A stretch of 64,000 nucleotides of DNA from the human T2T-CHM13v2.0 reference genome, Homo sapiens: the NCBI RefSeq assembly GCF_009914755.1, contig NC_060926.1. One strand, written 5' to 3'. The position numbers were made by a program, and so were the translations under genes. Under the pieces are notes generated by a model. It had not been told where the DNA came from and did not search any database. It saw nothing but the letters and a program-made list of their open reading frames with translations. Below are positions 1 through 12,895 of the stretch, one piece after another. Each line of letters begins with the position of its first letter. Position 1 is the first letter of the stretch.

Positions 1-677
1 TGCGGGTGCAGAAGAGAGCTCCTAACTTCTCCCCAACAATCTCCACCCTCCAATGCGGGTGCAGAAGAGAGCTCCTAACTTCTCCCCAACAATCTCCACC
101 CTCCAATGCGGGTGCAGAAGAGAGCTCCTAACTTCTCCCCAACAATCTCCATCCTCCAATGCGGGTGCAGAAGAGAGCTCCTAACTTCTCCCCAACAATC
201 TCCACCCTCCAATGCGGGTGCAGAAGAGAGCTCCTAACTTCTCCCCACAATCTCCACCCTCCAATGCGGGTGCAGAAGAGAGCTCCTAACTTCTCCCCAA
301 CAATCTCCACCCTCCAATGCGGGTGCAGAAGAGAGCTCCTAACTTCTCCCCAACAATCTCCACCCTCCAATGCGGGTGCAGAAGAGAGCTCCTAACTTCT
401 CCCCACAATCTCCACCCTCCAATGCGGGTGCAGAAGAGAGCTCCTAACTTCTCCCCAACAATCTCCACCCTCCAATGCGGGTGCAGAAGAGAGCTCCTAA
501 CTTCTCCCCAACAATCTCCACCCTCCAATGCGGGTGCAGAAGAGAGCTCCTAACTTCTCCCCACAATCTCCACCCTCCAATGCGGGTGCAGAAGAGAGCT
601 CCTAACTTCTCCCCACAATCTCCACCCTCCAATGCGGGTGCAGAAGAGAGCTCGTAACTTCTCCCCACAATCTCCAC
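1..677. repeat. VNTR minisatellite, 53/52-bp unit, about 13 copies visible (cut by the window edge)
   Basis: Unit tgcgggtgcagaagagagctcctaacttctcccc(a)acaatctccaccctccaa; starts at 1,54,107,160,213,265,318,371,423,476,529,581,633. Confidence 0.98.
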
Positions 678-679
678 TC

Positions 680-1500
680 TCTGATGTCTTCTTTTCCAGG
701 CAATAGAATCCCATCCACACAGCTCCTCATGGCAGAAACTCGGCAGCCACGCTTCAGTCTTCCTTCCTCTCAGTCCCCCATATCACTGAGTCTTTATGAT
801 TTTATCTTCAAAACATATCTTGAATTCTTTTTTGTTGATCAATGCAATGATCATAGTCTGAGCTACATCATCGCTCACCTGACTAATGCAGCTGCTTTCT
901 AATTGGTTTCTCCACTGCCATTCCAGCACCTTGGCATTCAAATCTCCAATCTGTTTAAGCATCAAACTTAAGACATAAACATGTCCCTGGCAGCCTTTTG
1001 TTTTGCAGTCACCAGTAGCTTCCACCACACTTCAATTTAAGACTCATTGTGCCTGTCACCAGGCCCTGCAGGACATGGCTCCTTCCTTGGTCTCTGGTCT
1101 CATTTTGTTCCCTGATGCCAGCCAGTGAGTGATGCAACAACAGAGGCATCCCTTGGTTCTCCCAATACACCTGGCTCAGCAGTGTCCGAGGGTCCTTCCT
1201 GTTCCCTCTGCCTGAAATAGTCCCCCCGCTTAGGGCTGACTCCTTTACTTTAAGCCTCAGCCTAGCTGTGGTTTTCCTTGGAAAAGCAGTTCCAAATCAC
1301 TCCACTTAGACTAAATTTGCCATCTCGTTTGTTCCTCACCACACTGTTTGCTGCCTGCACGATATTCTTATTACAACATGCAATTGTTTTATGTGTCTGT
1401 CTGTTGGTTTCTGCCAACCTTTCTAAGTTCTACGGTAACTGGGAAAGTGCCCACGTTATTTCCCATTGAATCTCTATCACCCAGCACAGAGCATGGCTGA
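680..1500 (+). mobile_element. L2 LINE relic
   Basis: Degenerate similarity to the recalled L2 3' region (atcttcaaaacatatc ... cccagcacagagcatggc). Confidence 0.55.
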
Positions 1501-1638
1501 GACGCCCTTTGGGGTATTGCTGTTGCTAATGAGACTTGAAATCATTTATTTCTCCAGTTATGATGGTGGTTCTCTTGTCCAGGAAAACAAGTAATCAGAT
1601 TCAGTTGATTTTTTTTTTTTTTTTAAACTGTAGCTTTG

Positions 1639-1979
1639 GGCCAGGGACGGCGGCTCATGCCTGTAATCCCAGCACCTTGGGAAGCCAAGGTGGCCAGATC
1701 ATATGAAGTCAGGAGTTTAAGACCAGCCTGGCCAACATGGCGAAACCCCATCTCTACTAAAAATACAAAAACTAGCTGGTCATGGTGGTGCATGCCTGTA
1801 ATCTCAGCTACTTGGGAGGCTGAGTCAGGAGAATCACTTGAGCCCGGGAGGTGGAGGTTGCACTGAGCCAAGATTGTGCCACTTGCACTCCAGCCTGGGA
1901 GACAGAGCCAGACTCCGTCTCAAAAACAAAACAAAACAAAACAAAACCCCCCCAAAAAAACAAAAAAACAAAAAAAAAA
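1639..1979 (+). mobile_element. Alu (S/J type), full length
   Basis: ggccagggacggcggctcatgcctgtaatcccagcac ... ctactaaaaataca ... gactccgtctc, then an (AAAAC)n tail. Confidence 0.96.
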
Positions 1980-2509
1980 CCCCCTACACACTTCAAACTA
2001 TATATTCAAAACTACAGTTTTTCAAAATATACAGTTTTCAAAACTATACATTCAAAACTATAGTTTTGAATCCTCAAATCACTGTGTAACCTCCCCTAAC
2101 TCCCAGCACCGACTCTGCACAGCCTGGATGAACACTTGTGTTGTGTCCATGTCTTGCTTTTCTTACTAGGTTATAAACTCTTTGAGAGGAGGAGCTATGT
2201 CTTGGTGAACTTTGCATTCCATGCAGACGTAGCATGGGTTCATTTGGACAGAAACCTGAGCAATAGGACCGGGACTACAATACGTGCTCGCTGAATTAAA
2301 CGGCATTATTTTATGATGTGTGCCTCTCACGGGACTATTAGAATGGCCTGCACTGTTTAAGATTGACTTTGTTAGAAATCATGCCCCTTTTTATCACTAT
2401 TATTTTATTATAACTGGATTCCATAGCTAGAGTTTGGGGTTGTCTTTTAAATCCAACATTATACAATTTTAAGTGTGTCTTTGGTTGAGTAGAATCTCAC
2501 CCTGTTCTC

Positions 2510-3280
2510 AGGTGACCCCATTATCTTCTCCCCACATCAGTGAATGACACCATCAGATCTAACATCAAGCCAGGTGCTTGGATTCCCCTGACTTCTCCTT
2601 CCTGCCATCACCACCCTCCTTCAACCATTACTCAATGGTTGGCCAGCGCTGCCTCCCTGGCGTCTCTCCACTGGCCCAGTTCGGCTCATCTTGTCTGGAC
2701 GCCATGTTTATTTGTCAATATTTCTGTAGCATATCCTAGTTGCTGTTCCTGCCACCAAATATCTCCCCTTCAAATCGATTTTTTATGTGTAGTCATCAGT
2801 CAGAAGTAATGTGACGTTGCTTGTTTGCTTAGAATTTTTTTTTTAGTGGGTTCCAGTACACTCTGGAACCCAATCCGAACTCCCTGGCATGTGGAAAGGT
2901 CACAGGTGGTGAGGCCCTGGTTGATGTGTCCAGCTGTCCCTCACACACCCTCTTCCCTGCTGGACATCAGCCATCCTGAACCCACACCCCAGCTCCCCAT
3001 ATGTGCAGCTCCCTCACCCTTCTCTGAACTCAGCCCTTCTTATGTTCAGGCATCACTCTTTCCAGGGCCTCCCCTAGGGTCTGGTCCCTCCTCCTCGGTG
3101 TTCGTGGCTCCTTTCGCCACAGCCCTGGCACACTGGGTTGTGACTGTTTAGCCACTGACCACCCTCTCTGCCGATGAGGCACTGTCACCTCTAGCTCCTT
3201 GTGTTATGTGGCTAATTTCCCGGTACGTGGAACAGCACTGGCACATGGAAGGCAGTCAGCAAGCACCGGGGGAATGAACA
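2510..3280 (+). mobile_element. L2 relic
   Basis: Degenerate L2-like pyrimidine-rich sequence ending ctggcacatggaaggcagtcagcaagc. Confidence 0.45.
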
Positions 3281-3422
3281 GAATCTCACGGAGCGCATTT
3301 TCCCCAATATTGATAAGGAATAATCATGGGGACATTATGGTTCACAACACTCTCTCACATGTATTGTGGTATTTGACCCTCACAATCTCACAATGACTAT
3401 TTTATAAACATTCTACCTATGT

Positions 3423-3579
3423 CTAGGCATGGTGACTGGCACCTGTAGTCTCAGCTACTCAGGAGGCCCTGGTGGGAGGATCGCTTGGGCCCAGAAATTT
3501 GAGGCTACAGTGCGCTATGATTGCACCACTGCACTCCAGCCAGGGCAACAGAATGAGACCCACTTTCAAAAAAAAAAAA
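3423..3579 (+). mobile_element. Alu right monomer (FRAM/AluJ-like)
   Basis: cctgtagtctcagctactcaggagg ... cactgcactccagcc plus poly(A); imperfect TSD tctacctatg/tctacatatg. Confidence 0.9.
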
Positions 3580-6500
3580 ATCTACATATGACCTTGATGT
3601 ATGTAGTCTATGGACAAATCTTCAGTTCAATAAATTAGTAAATTAGTCAGAACCTCCGTTTCCTGACTGTTAGGGAAGTTTACCATTTGCAGGAATGTTC
3701 AAAGGTGAATTTATGAAGGTGAAAAGGTGTGAATTGCTCAGGAAAAACATGATAGACGATAAAGAATGGATATGACTTTGAACGTCACAGGTTCTCCACC
3801 CATCAACAAAATCAAAGATAGACAACTTTAACAGAAGACTGGTGATGGGTTTTGATGAGGAATAGGATGAGTTCATTTGGGCATAGAAGTTGAGCTCACA
3901 CAGGCATGCCTGCATCAGCCCGCTCATGCTTCCTCCATTTAAAATTTACTCAGCGGAGTGTGACTAGGGACATGACACTTGGGAAGGAGCCAGGAAGACT
4001 CTTCCACGTGGAATGGCTGCAGGTATAAGTGTGTGAGATGGATCAAACCAGGAGACCCTTATTCATGCCTGGCTGCAAGAAGCGAGGTGGCTAAGGGAAC
4101 ACAGACATGACAAACAGGCAGGGACAACACGTGATAGAGTCATAGAAAGGGCATGCCTACAGGTGTATGCGTGAGGGCCTGCGAAAGGGAAATGAAGCTA
4201 GGAATGGACTCTTGCACAACATCCCCTCAGCATTTAGGAATCCATCTTAATATGTGCTGATCACAGCTGGCGATATGTGTCAGGGCTACTATTTCAGTCT
4301 CATTTCATTTGTCCTGGTGTTCTGGTTTAATAATCCTCCTAGGGCTGTATATTTGGAAACTAGTGATGTGTCCTCAGCACTTGACACTGTGCTGAGCACA
4401 CGTGTACTCTGGATTCTTGATAAGTGACTGAATTTCTACGTGTGCCCAATACATTCTTGTACATGCAATGTACATATCCAGCCTGTCCTTATGACAAGTT
4501 TCCTTGGCTACAGGATGGAAAGTTTGGAACTAGGGAGGGACAGAAATCATCCATGCAGATTAATCTTTAAAACTCGATTCTGAGAATGTCTGCTCTGTGG
4601 AGTCAGTGTGAGGCTCTGGTGCAGGCGACCCCCTGACCAAACCCAGGGTGTCCCCGTTCCAGAAGTTCCCTCGTAGAGCAATGTGTATTTATCATATGCA
4701 GCTGGAAATTACTTTTCAGGCAGGAAAATTAATTATAAGTAAATTTGTTATCCACATTTTTAAGTTCTGGATGGAAATTGAAATATGCCCTTATAATTAG
4801 ACACTTGGCCACTCTTCAGGGAAAATTACGAACATGTGATATTTTGGAAAAAGCATCAATATTTAATTTTTTGGTCAATTTCTGAAGAATGGATCATTGT
4901 TGGGGGCTGGTCATTTTGGGGGTAATTATTTAAAAGTTTGAAGTAAAAGTAGTTTTATTAAGTGTATTTTTTAAAATTTCATTTATTATTATATCAATTT
5001 GAGGTTAAAAAACTATAATTAACTGGTTTCTACTTTTCTACTTGCATTTGTTGAAATTGCTAATTCTGACACCATCTCCATAGTAACCAATGTGCTTAGA
5101 AAGCAGAAAAATAGGAACACTCAAATAAGGCAAAAAGAGAAACAGGACAACTCATGGTGAAAAATAATTTCTTTTATTACACTGCCTTTTCTGGAAAGAT
5201 ACATTTGTTTATAAAAATGTGTTTACGTAAAATTGCAAACTACCTGACATTTTATCCAGAAAAATGTTACTTAGCAGATAAATATAAAAATATATTACTG
5301 GTGCATTAATAATTTTGCTTGAGGTAACTTGAACTTTTGAATTAAGTTACAGCTTTGGGGAAAGGTGGAAGTTAAATTATATGGCATAATTGTACTATTA
5401 ATGAAAGCTGATGAAGATTGTGAAATCGCCACATTTGAGTCTTGTCAAGGTCAATTGCAAATCCAACATGAAGTGTTTTACTTGAAGGAAATTGCCTTCT
5501 TTCCCTTGAAAAAGTTCACCTTCTAGATGGGAAGCTACTGGGGGAGAGAGAAGTTGGAACCCTGCTGGGTCTTGGTCTACTCAGAGTAGCCGCCCAAGAG
5601 CTGCTCAGTGCTTTGCAAGCTGAATTGGAATTAATTGCAGATTGGGTCATGCTATATTTACTTTTCGTTTTACAAAGATATTCTTTGTCTCTTATCAAAT
5701 GACCAAACATCAGAAAAATTTTCTGTTCCAGCTCCTCATGCTTCTGGGGCAGAGAGTGTTTGGAGGTATCTCCCTCCCTGCAGAAGGAGCCCGTCCCCCA
5801 TGGCCGGCCCCAGGAGGACCTTTGCCTCTGCTTGCTCACCGGAGGCAAATTTCTCTGGTTTCATTATGGATTTTCCGGAAAGAAGGGAAGGGCCTGGTAC
5901 CTCTATCTTGCAGCTTAAGCAGATGGTTTTAAAGTCAGACATCTGCAGCTGTATCTAGCCAAAATCTTTAATAACAACCATCTTCCTACTTTAACCATCA
6001 TATACAGAACCTTTGAACTCAAAGATTCTCTGTAGAAAAGTTTCTTCCTTCCAGTGAGATTGTACTACAAATCTAAGTCCCATAAAGAAATAGTTTTGTG
6101 GAGCATCTCTCCACACCCCTAGCTCTTTTACCAAAAAAATCATCTTTAAGCTAATCTTAGAAGTAGAGTTTTGTTTTCAAGACGGTAGATAGCACAGAGT
6201 GTCTCCTGCTTCTTGTAAGTCTGTTTAAAGCCAGAGACATTCAGTGGCAAGGGAAGGGCACCCTCTCGAGGGGCTGGGCAGCTCAAAGGCAGCCCCGCAA
6301 TCCTGAGGATGAACCCCAGATGCTCTAAGATGGACTCTGTCTCCAGATGATTCTGCCCATCTGTAGGCTGATACGAATCTTCTGGGCAAGTTTAAGGCAG
6401 GTGAGACTAAGCTATCACATTTGGCAGGTTATGTGGATTAAATGCATTTTCAACTATGAGATTTTTTACTTCTGCTGGGTTTGTTAGGGAGTTGTCCCAC

Positions 6501-6653
6501 CATAAATTGAAGAGCATCTGTCTTGCAACTTTGAGTGGATCTCTGAAGAACCCTGACAAATGCAAACAATTTCAAATAAGCCTTGTGATACGGAGCATAT
6601 TTATTAATCCTAAGCAATTATATTATTTCCATGCTCAAAGTCGCAATGCTATG

Positions 6654-7592
6654 TGTATTAAATTCAGTCACACTAATTTACTTATTTTCTAGAAACCTTG
6701 TTCTAATATATTACCTTCAATTAATAGTAAATTACAATGGGAATGCCATGAAATTTCTTGTTATGTTGTTATCAGGTCTCACCATTGGCAGAAATTTAAA
6801 AGGGCCTCAGAACCACACAAAGGCCCTGTCCCTGCACCAATGGTCCCGGCCTCCCTGTCACCCACCCTGAGGTTGGAGCCACTATGTGGTCTTTGCTCTG
6901 CTCTATCTGTTCCCAAAGCAAGGCATCTGCCCTTCGTCTCTAAGCCTCAAACGCCCGGCATGCATCCAGCTCTCACCACACCTGTCCTCATTCTTGATGT
7001 CATGACAGCAGGCGATAGCCTCCCAGGCCCATGTTCTCTCCCCTCTGCCCTTCCCCCCTGCTCTTCCCTGCAGGCAGGGTCTTCCCAACACTGGCTCCGG
7101 CAGCCCTCACCTGGTGCCAGCAGCACTGCACCGGGGGTGGCACGTGTGCTCTTGGACTCTGGACCAGTCTTCCTCTGTTTCCCTAAAACTTGTCAGCTGT
7201 GAAGCTCAGTTCATCTAAGACTCAAAGCGACACCCTGATGTGGCCCCAAGCCCGGGGACCTCACCCACGTTCTTTGAGGGTTTCAGCCCCTGGTTCACAG
7301 CTATCATGTCCAAAATCACTCTGCAAAGATTCCTGATGGCTTCTATGCCCTGTGGATGATTCCTCCAAAATTGAGGACTCTTGAGCCCTCAATCCCTGAC
7401 CCCTGCCTCGGCCACCTAGTCCCTTGTATTAAATGTAGTCACACAATTCATTTATTTTCCAGAAACCTTGTTCTAGTATATTACCTTCGATTAACAGTAA
7501 ATTACAATGGGAATGCCATGAAATTTCTTGTTATGTTGTTATCAGTTCTCACCAATGGCAGAAATTAAAAGGGGCCTCAGAACCACACAAAG
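6654..7592 (+). repeat. Dispersed direct duplication of about 168 bp (6654-6822 and 7425-7592)
   Basis: Both copies run tgtattaaat...gaaaccttgttcta...gggaatgccatgaaatttcttgttatgttgttatcag...ggcctcagaaccacacaaag; roughly 90% identical by eye. Confidence 0.95.
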
Positions 7593-10229
7593 TCATTGTA
7601 CATTGCAGCCACACCCTACAATGTGTTTGTTAACTTAATTACATTATTCCAAGTTCATAAACGCGGTGCTTTCTCCCCTGGGACAGTCCCGGCCACAACT
7701 GCCTCCAGTTCCCCTTCCATTCTTTCCTGGACACTCCTGCAAGACATCTTGAAAGAGCTGTGCCCACTGTCTGTGTGGCCTCCTCCCCCGATGGGTCCAT
7801 GTCTTACTCATGGGTGACTGGCTCCCTTCACCCCCTTCCTTGCCCTGAGCTCAGGGGTGGCATCTTTATTTTGCTCCCTCCAGTGCTGCCCACATCAGGA
7901 GCAGGCCTGCTACCCTGGAGGAACCCAGGAATATCTGTTGAATGAGTGAATGAATGCATGAATATGGTACATAAAAACTTCTCAAATTGTTCATACCATG
8001 ACTAAAATAAATATTAATTTACAAATAATCTCTATTAAACATAAGGCAAAATTTTGACTGATGGAGAATTTGATGGATTAGAGAGAAGACACGATTTTTA
8101 TCATTTTGGCTGACAGAGATGAATTCAATCAAACAGACATTTGTTTTTTGAAAAAAAATGAGTAAGGAGAGAGTTCAAAAGGTACTTTTCTTTCATTTTT
8201 AATTTAACTGATTAAAGTATTAGTTTTCTGGGTGAATGTTTTACAGTGGTTGTGTTATTATTTCTCTTTTCCTATTAATGTACATACATGTTCTGTTAAC
8301 CTGTCTTGGCTTACTCAGATACAGGTCCCTGTGCACTCCCATGTTAGCCATACACAAATAGATATATACAATGGCAAGACAGTACCTACTGTTCATACTT
8401 GTCTATAAATCATTGCACAATTTTAGTTACAATTAAAGTCTTTCTGTCACGATACACCACACTCATCACTCTCAGTCACAGCTAACTATATCTGAAGTTA
8501 TCAAGATAAACTTTTATCAGCAGTTACATAAGCGTAAAGTTGCAAATGCAGATATGGTGTGCCCATAGAGTATCAAATTCCTGCACCAACACTCCCTGCA
8601 TCCCAGCAACAGACACCCAGAAGTTCTGATCGTGGTACAATGGGACAAGAAAATGACATGCATTCGAACCACAGCACAAAACTCTGCAACGGGCTTTTGA
8701 AAATGCTAGAGTCTCTCCTCTTAGATGCAGCCTGAGACAAAGCCTTCTTAGAATCTTAGACGTCTTCTTTGAAATGACTCTAGGTCTTTCTAAATATTTG
8801 CGTTGATAGTATAAACGGACCCATGATTAACCATCTTGGGGAGAGATGGTGATTGGGCGATGGGGGCCATGGCTAGCCTTCTTCCCCCAAAACCCAACCC
8901 TGGTTTCGTATACAGGCCAGCACTTTAAAAGCGATTGGTGTCTGTAGTCACTTTAAAAATAATTCAGCTCACAACAAGGACTCCGTGTTCCCGATGCCTC
9001 AACCCCTACCTCTATTTTGGGATGCAAGCCCTGTTATCACTGAACAGAATGACATTCACAGCAGGTACAACTGACACATGGAAATTTGTTGGATCAGTTG
9101 CACTAATTGGATATCTGTGCTTGCAAGGATGATGGCACAAGTAGGAGGTGTTTAAACATGTGAGTTCAGAACCCTGTTTATGGTCCATTTCCATGTAAAT
9201 GAGGAGCAATGGCAGTTTAAGTGCAAGGTACCTGATAATAGACCAAGGGCAGCCCCCACACTGAAGGAATGAAGGCTTGAACAGAAAGTCTATGAGGAAT
9301 AAAAGAAAACTGTGTTTTTCTCACCTTCCTGCATGTAAGATTTATGCAAGAAACTCCCATTAGCACTAATGAGAGTTATGCATGTAAATCTCCCATGAAA
9401 TGACAAGGATATGAGCCTCATCCATCACTGTGCAGATATCACAGTTTCTGGGGCAGGCTTCTTGCAGGCAGACTGCTGCACTGCGATTGATTTTGCCTGC
9501 CCTTCCTTAAGGTGCTGAAACAGCAAGCCTCCTGCAGCAGGCCTGGTGGGAGAGGCTCTGGGAGGGGTGTCCCTGCAGAGCCATGCAGGGGCCAAAACTC
9601 CTGTCTGCAAGTGCTTTGAATAATTCATAGAGCATCATCAAAACCACCCACCTGCTCATGAAACTGTATTAGAAAAATAAAATGAATAACCTCATAGCCT
9701 GTGGATGGGATCCTCTTTTGCTCACCCCTCTCATATTTTATTTATTTTTTCTTAAGAGAGCATGCAAAGCATTTTAAATAAGTTCCCAGCAATGAAATGT
9801 CCCAATTTCCCTATCCTCTGCTCATGTAGTTGTACTGTGAATGCATTAGAAATTAGACAAATTGCCTTTTTCTCACACAGGACCTATATTTTTCTGCCTC
9901 AGTGCCTTTGCTCAGCTGGTGGAAGATTCTTTCCACACTATTCTCTCAAATTCAATAAAGCTATTTGGATCTCCAGGCCAACTTTCTTCTTTCCAAGGGC
10001 CTGGTGTCCCTATGTTTGCCACCAATGATATGGCTCTAACCCTCCCTCCCTGTGGTCCTCCATGGGTCTGTCTTAGCTACATCCCCAGGGTGCACATCCT
10101 GACCTGCTGTGGGGTCCTTAGCTCCTCCAGGGCCGCTGTCGTCTTCTGTATCTTTGGGACCCTTTTCAGATTCAACACATTGACTTGCACATGGTCTCTC
10201 CGTGAATATGTGGTGAATATAAACATGAA

Positions 10230-11200
10230 TAATTTATTTTAAAAAGGAATGCACATATGCATGGCACAGCATTCTTAAAGCTTCAAGAGATATACTATGA
10301 AAAGCAATTTTTCTCCCCCCAGGCACCTAATTCCTTCCCTCTGAGACAACCTGTCCTGTGGTCTTCCTCTGAAGTCCAATGCACTGACAAGCATCTACGT
10401 ATACATACATGCTTTTTATAATACACAAATCATAACATTACATGCATGGTTTTTTCACCCTGTACATTTTGTTTAATATTATATCTTGGGCTAGGTTTAT
10501 ATAATCTCCTTCATTAAAAAAGCAAATTTATCATGCTCCATTACATGAATATAGCATGATTTATTTCACCAGTCTCCTATGGATGAATATTTGTTTCCAG
10601 AATCTTGTTCTTATAAACAAGACTTGTAATGAATGCAATAAAAATAGCCAACATTTCTAATACAAAAATGCTTGCTAAGTGACAAGTGCCATTTTCACTC
10701 ATTCAATCAATTTTTACCACAACTGTCTTAGGTATAAATACTGTGATTATTCCTGGCATACAGAAAAGGAAACCACAGCAGGTAGAGACCAGTAGCTCGT
10801 CCCGGGTGAAGCCACACTTGGTTCTTGCAGGTGTGGTCAGAGGTCATGCTCTTGGCTTCTGCACTGGCTGTCTATTTATAAATGCTACTTTGCTCTCCTG
10901 TGTGTAAATATTTGTACACTAAATATCTAGAAGTGGAATTACTAGTACAGAGGATACACCCTTTCTGAGCTTCATTGATATTGCTAATTATTTTCTATAA
11001 CCCATACTTTTCAATACTTTGCTATCAGCCTGCCTGTCTACTGTCCACTGAGAGGGAAAGAAAGCCATGACTTAGTGACTCCACTTGGAAGTTATGGTGT
11101 CATGAGTTTGAGCAGCTTTTCTGATGTCAAATTCATTTTTATCTCCTCTGAATTGTCTTCCATATCCTTTGCCCATTTTTAGTTAATATTTTTATTTGTT
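10230..11200 (-). mobile_element. Old L1 (L1ME-like) 3' fragments
   Basis: Antisense L1M-type motifs (atttatttcaccagtctcctatggatg; tctagaagtggaattact; catatcctttgcccattttt). Confidence 0.5.
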
Positions 11201-12874
11201 AAATTTAATACGCTAATACGCCACTACGTTTACCCATTTATGCTATATTTTAATGAAGTAATTTCTTATTTATTAGTACAATATTAAAACAATACCTGCA
11301 CTAAAATTTCCACCTTTCTACATTGTCTTGAACGTTCTTTTGACTCAGCAAGATTTATTCATTTCATTTCTGCAGTATCTATGTTTAAGTTTAATGTCTT
11401 ACATGGACCTAAATATGCTCTTCATTTCACTTGGCCATATTCTATTAATTCCCACCCATAGATTTTACGCTGGATTTATTTATTTATGAAAGATACCTAT
11501 GATATTAACGCTAACATGATTTTTATCCTGGTCAAATTAGAATTTTGTCCACAAGACTAATGAAAATGATACATCTGCGAATTGCTCCTCCTAACAAAGT
11601 GTACCCCCAGTGGCCATTCTAGAACCTTCTATGGAATGTGGGTACATGAGAATTCTCCTTCACAAGTGAAAAGAAAGATTATGTATTACTAAACATTAAT
11701 ATTCTCTGGGAGATACATTGTATGAGGCTTAGCATATTGAATAAACTCACACATTTCTATTTTTGGAAGAAAATTTAAAAGCTCAACACCGATTTTTCAT
11801 GATAAAAATTTGGCTAACTACATTTAAGAAGGATGATTGATCTAAGCAGACAACGAAGTCTACATACAACAAGCTTAAATGGAAGATGCTGCTAGTTATT
11901 TAAATAGGATATGCTTCTCCAAACATACTAACAATAGTAAATTTTTATGAATATGATGGTATATAATCTTTTTAAAATTAGAACTCAAGGAAATAATGTA
12001 AACTACTACTAAGGAGAAAATACGAAACAGTGAACAAAGTATCCAGCTTAAACCACCACAGTACCATTTCCCAGCAAAGGCTGCAGAACACAAATTTCTT
12101 TCCAGGCTTCTAGAAGAAAAATTGTCTCCAGGGAATTTGTAGAGGTACCTCCTTCAAGACATGGGGCTGTCCATAAACTGTGGAGTGTGTCAGACCTTGG
12201 ACTGTGAGCTTGTTGGAGGCACAGACCCGGCTTTAATGCAGACACTGTGCACCAAGCACCTCCTCCATCCGTGTTACTGCTTCTCATTTTGTGAAGCGGG
12301 GATAGAGCCTGATGCAGTCTGATATTCAAAACCATTAGTACCAGTAATCTGAGGAACCACTTTAGCCCACTCCACGGTCTTCCAATCCCTTCTGCCCTGA
12401 CCAGAAAAAAAATAAAATAAAACTTATAAAAGAATTCTGATGAGGTCAGAAACTGATACCTCTTCCTGAGATTTATGTGAATTTGTGTAGCTCCAGCAAA
12501 ATGTCGTGCTTGCTTGACAACTTCAGGCTTAGAAAGTTTCCTACTTCTGTTCCAAGGGGAAATGGAAACAAGGGCATTCAAGCTTAGAAATTCTCTTGTG
12601 GAAAATCCATTTGTGTGAAGCTTCCATGGACCTGTGGGGCACCTGACACCGCTGGGACCTCTCAGCTCACACAGCCCCCAGAAGGACCTATAAGGCTGTG
12701 CCACACACCAGAGGTAGGTGGTCCATGCGCTGACTCCACTAACTACAGCAGGACTCTCAGCAAAGCAAAGAGAAACTCATCTCTGGCAATCTCCTGCCTC
12801 CCATCCTCCTAGGTGGACCCCTGGTGTCTAAATCCCTTGACAATATCTGACTGCCCCTTAGATCTGAATCCCCC

Positions 12875-12895
12875 TAAGCGGTCCATGGTCCTGAA
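12875..12895 (-). promoter_or_regulatory. RE1/NRSE-like REST motif
   Basis: - strand TTCAGGACCATGGACCGCTTA versus consensus TTCAGCACCAYGGACAGCGCC; canonical half-site spacing. Confidence 0.55.

Noticed and set aside
1-677. CRISPR-like array, and repeated 60-80 aa ORFs
   Set aside because: No unique spacers, human DNA; the ORFs simply follow the 158-bp repeat period.
12048-12704. 218-aa ORF on the - strand
   Set aside because: No recognisable domain, does not resemble MYT1L protein, and no exon structure that I can support.
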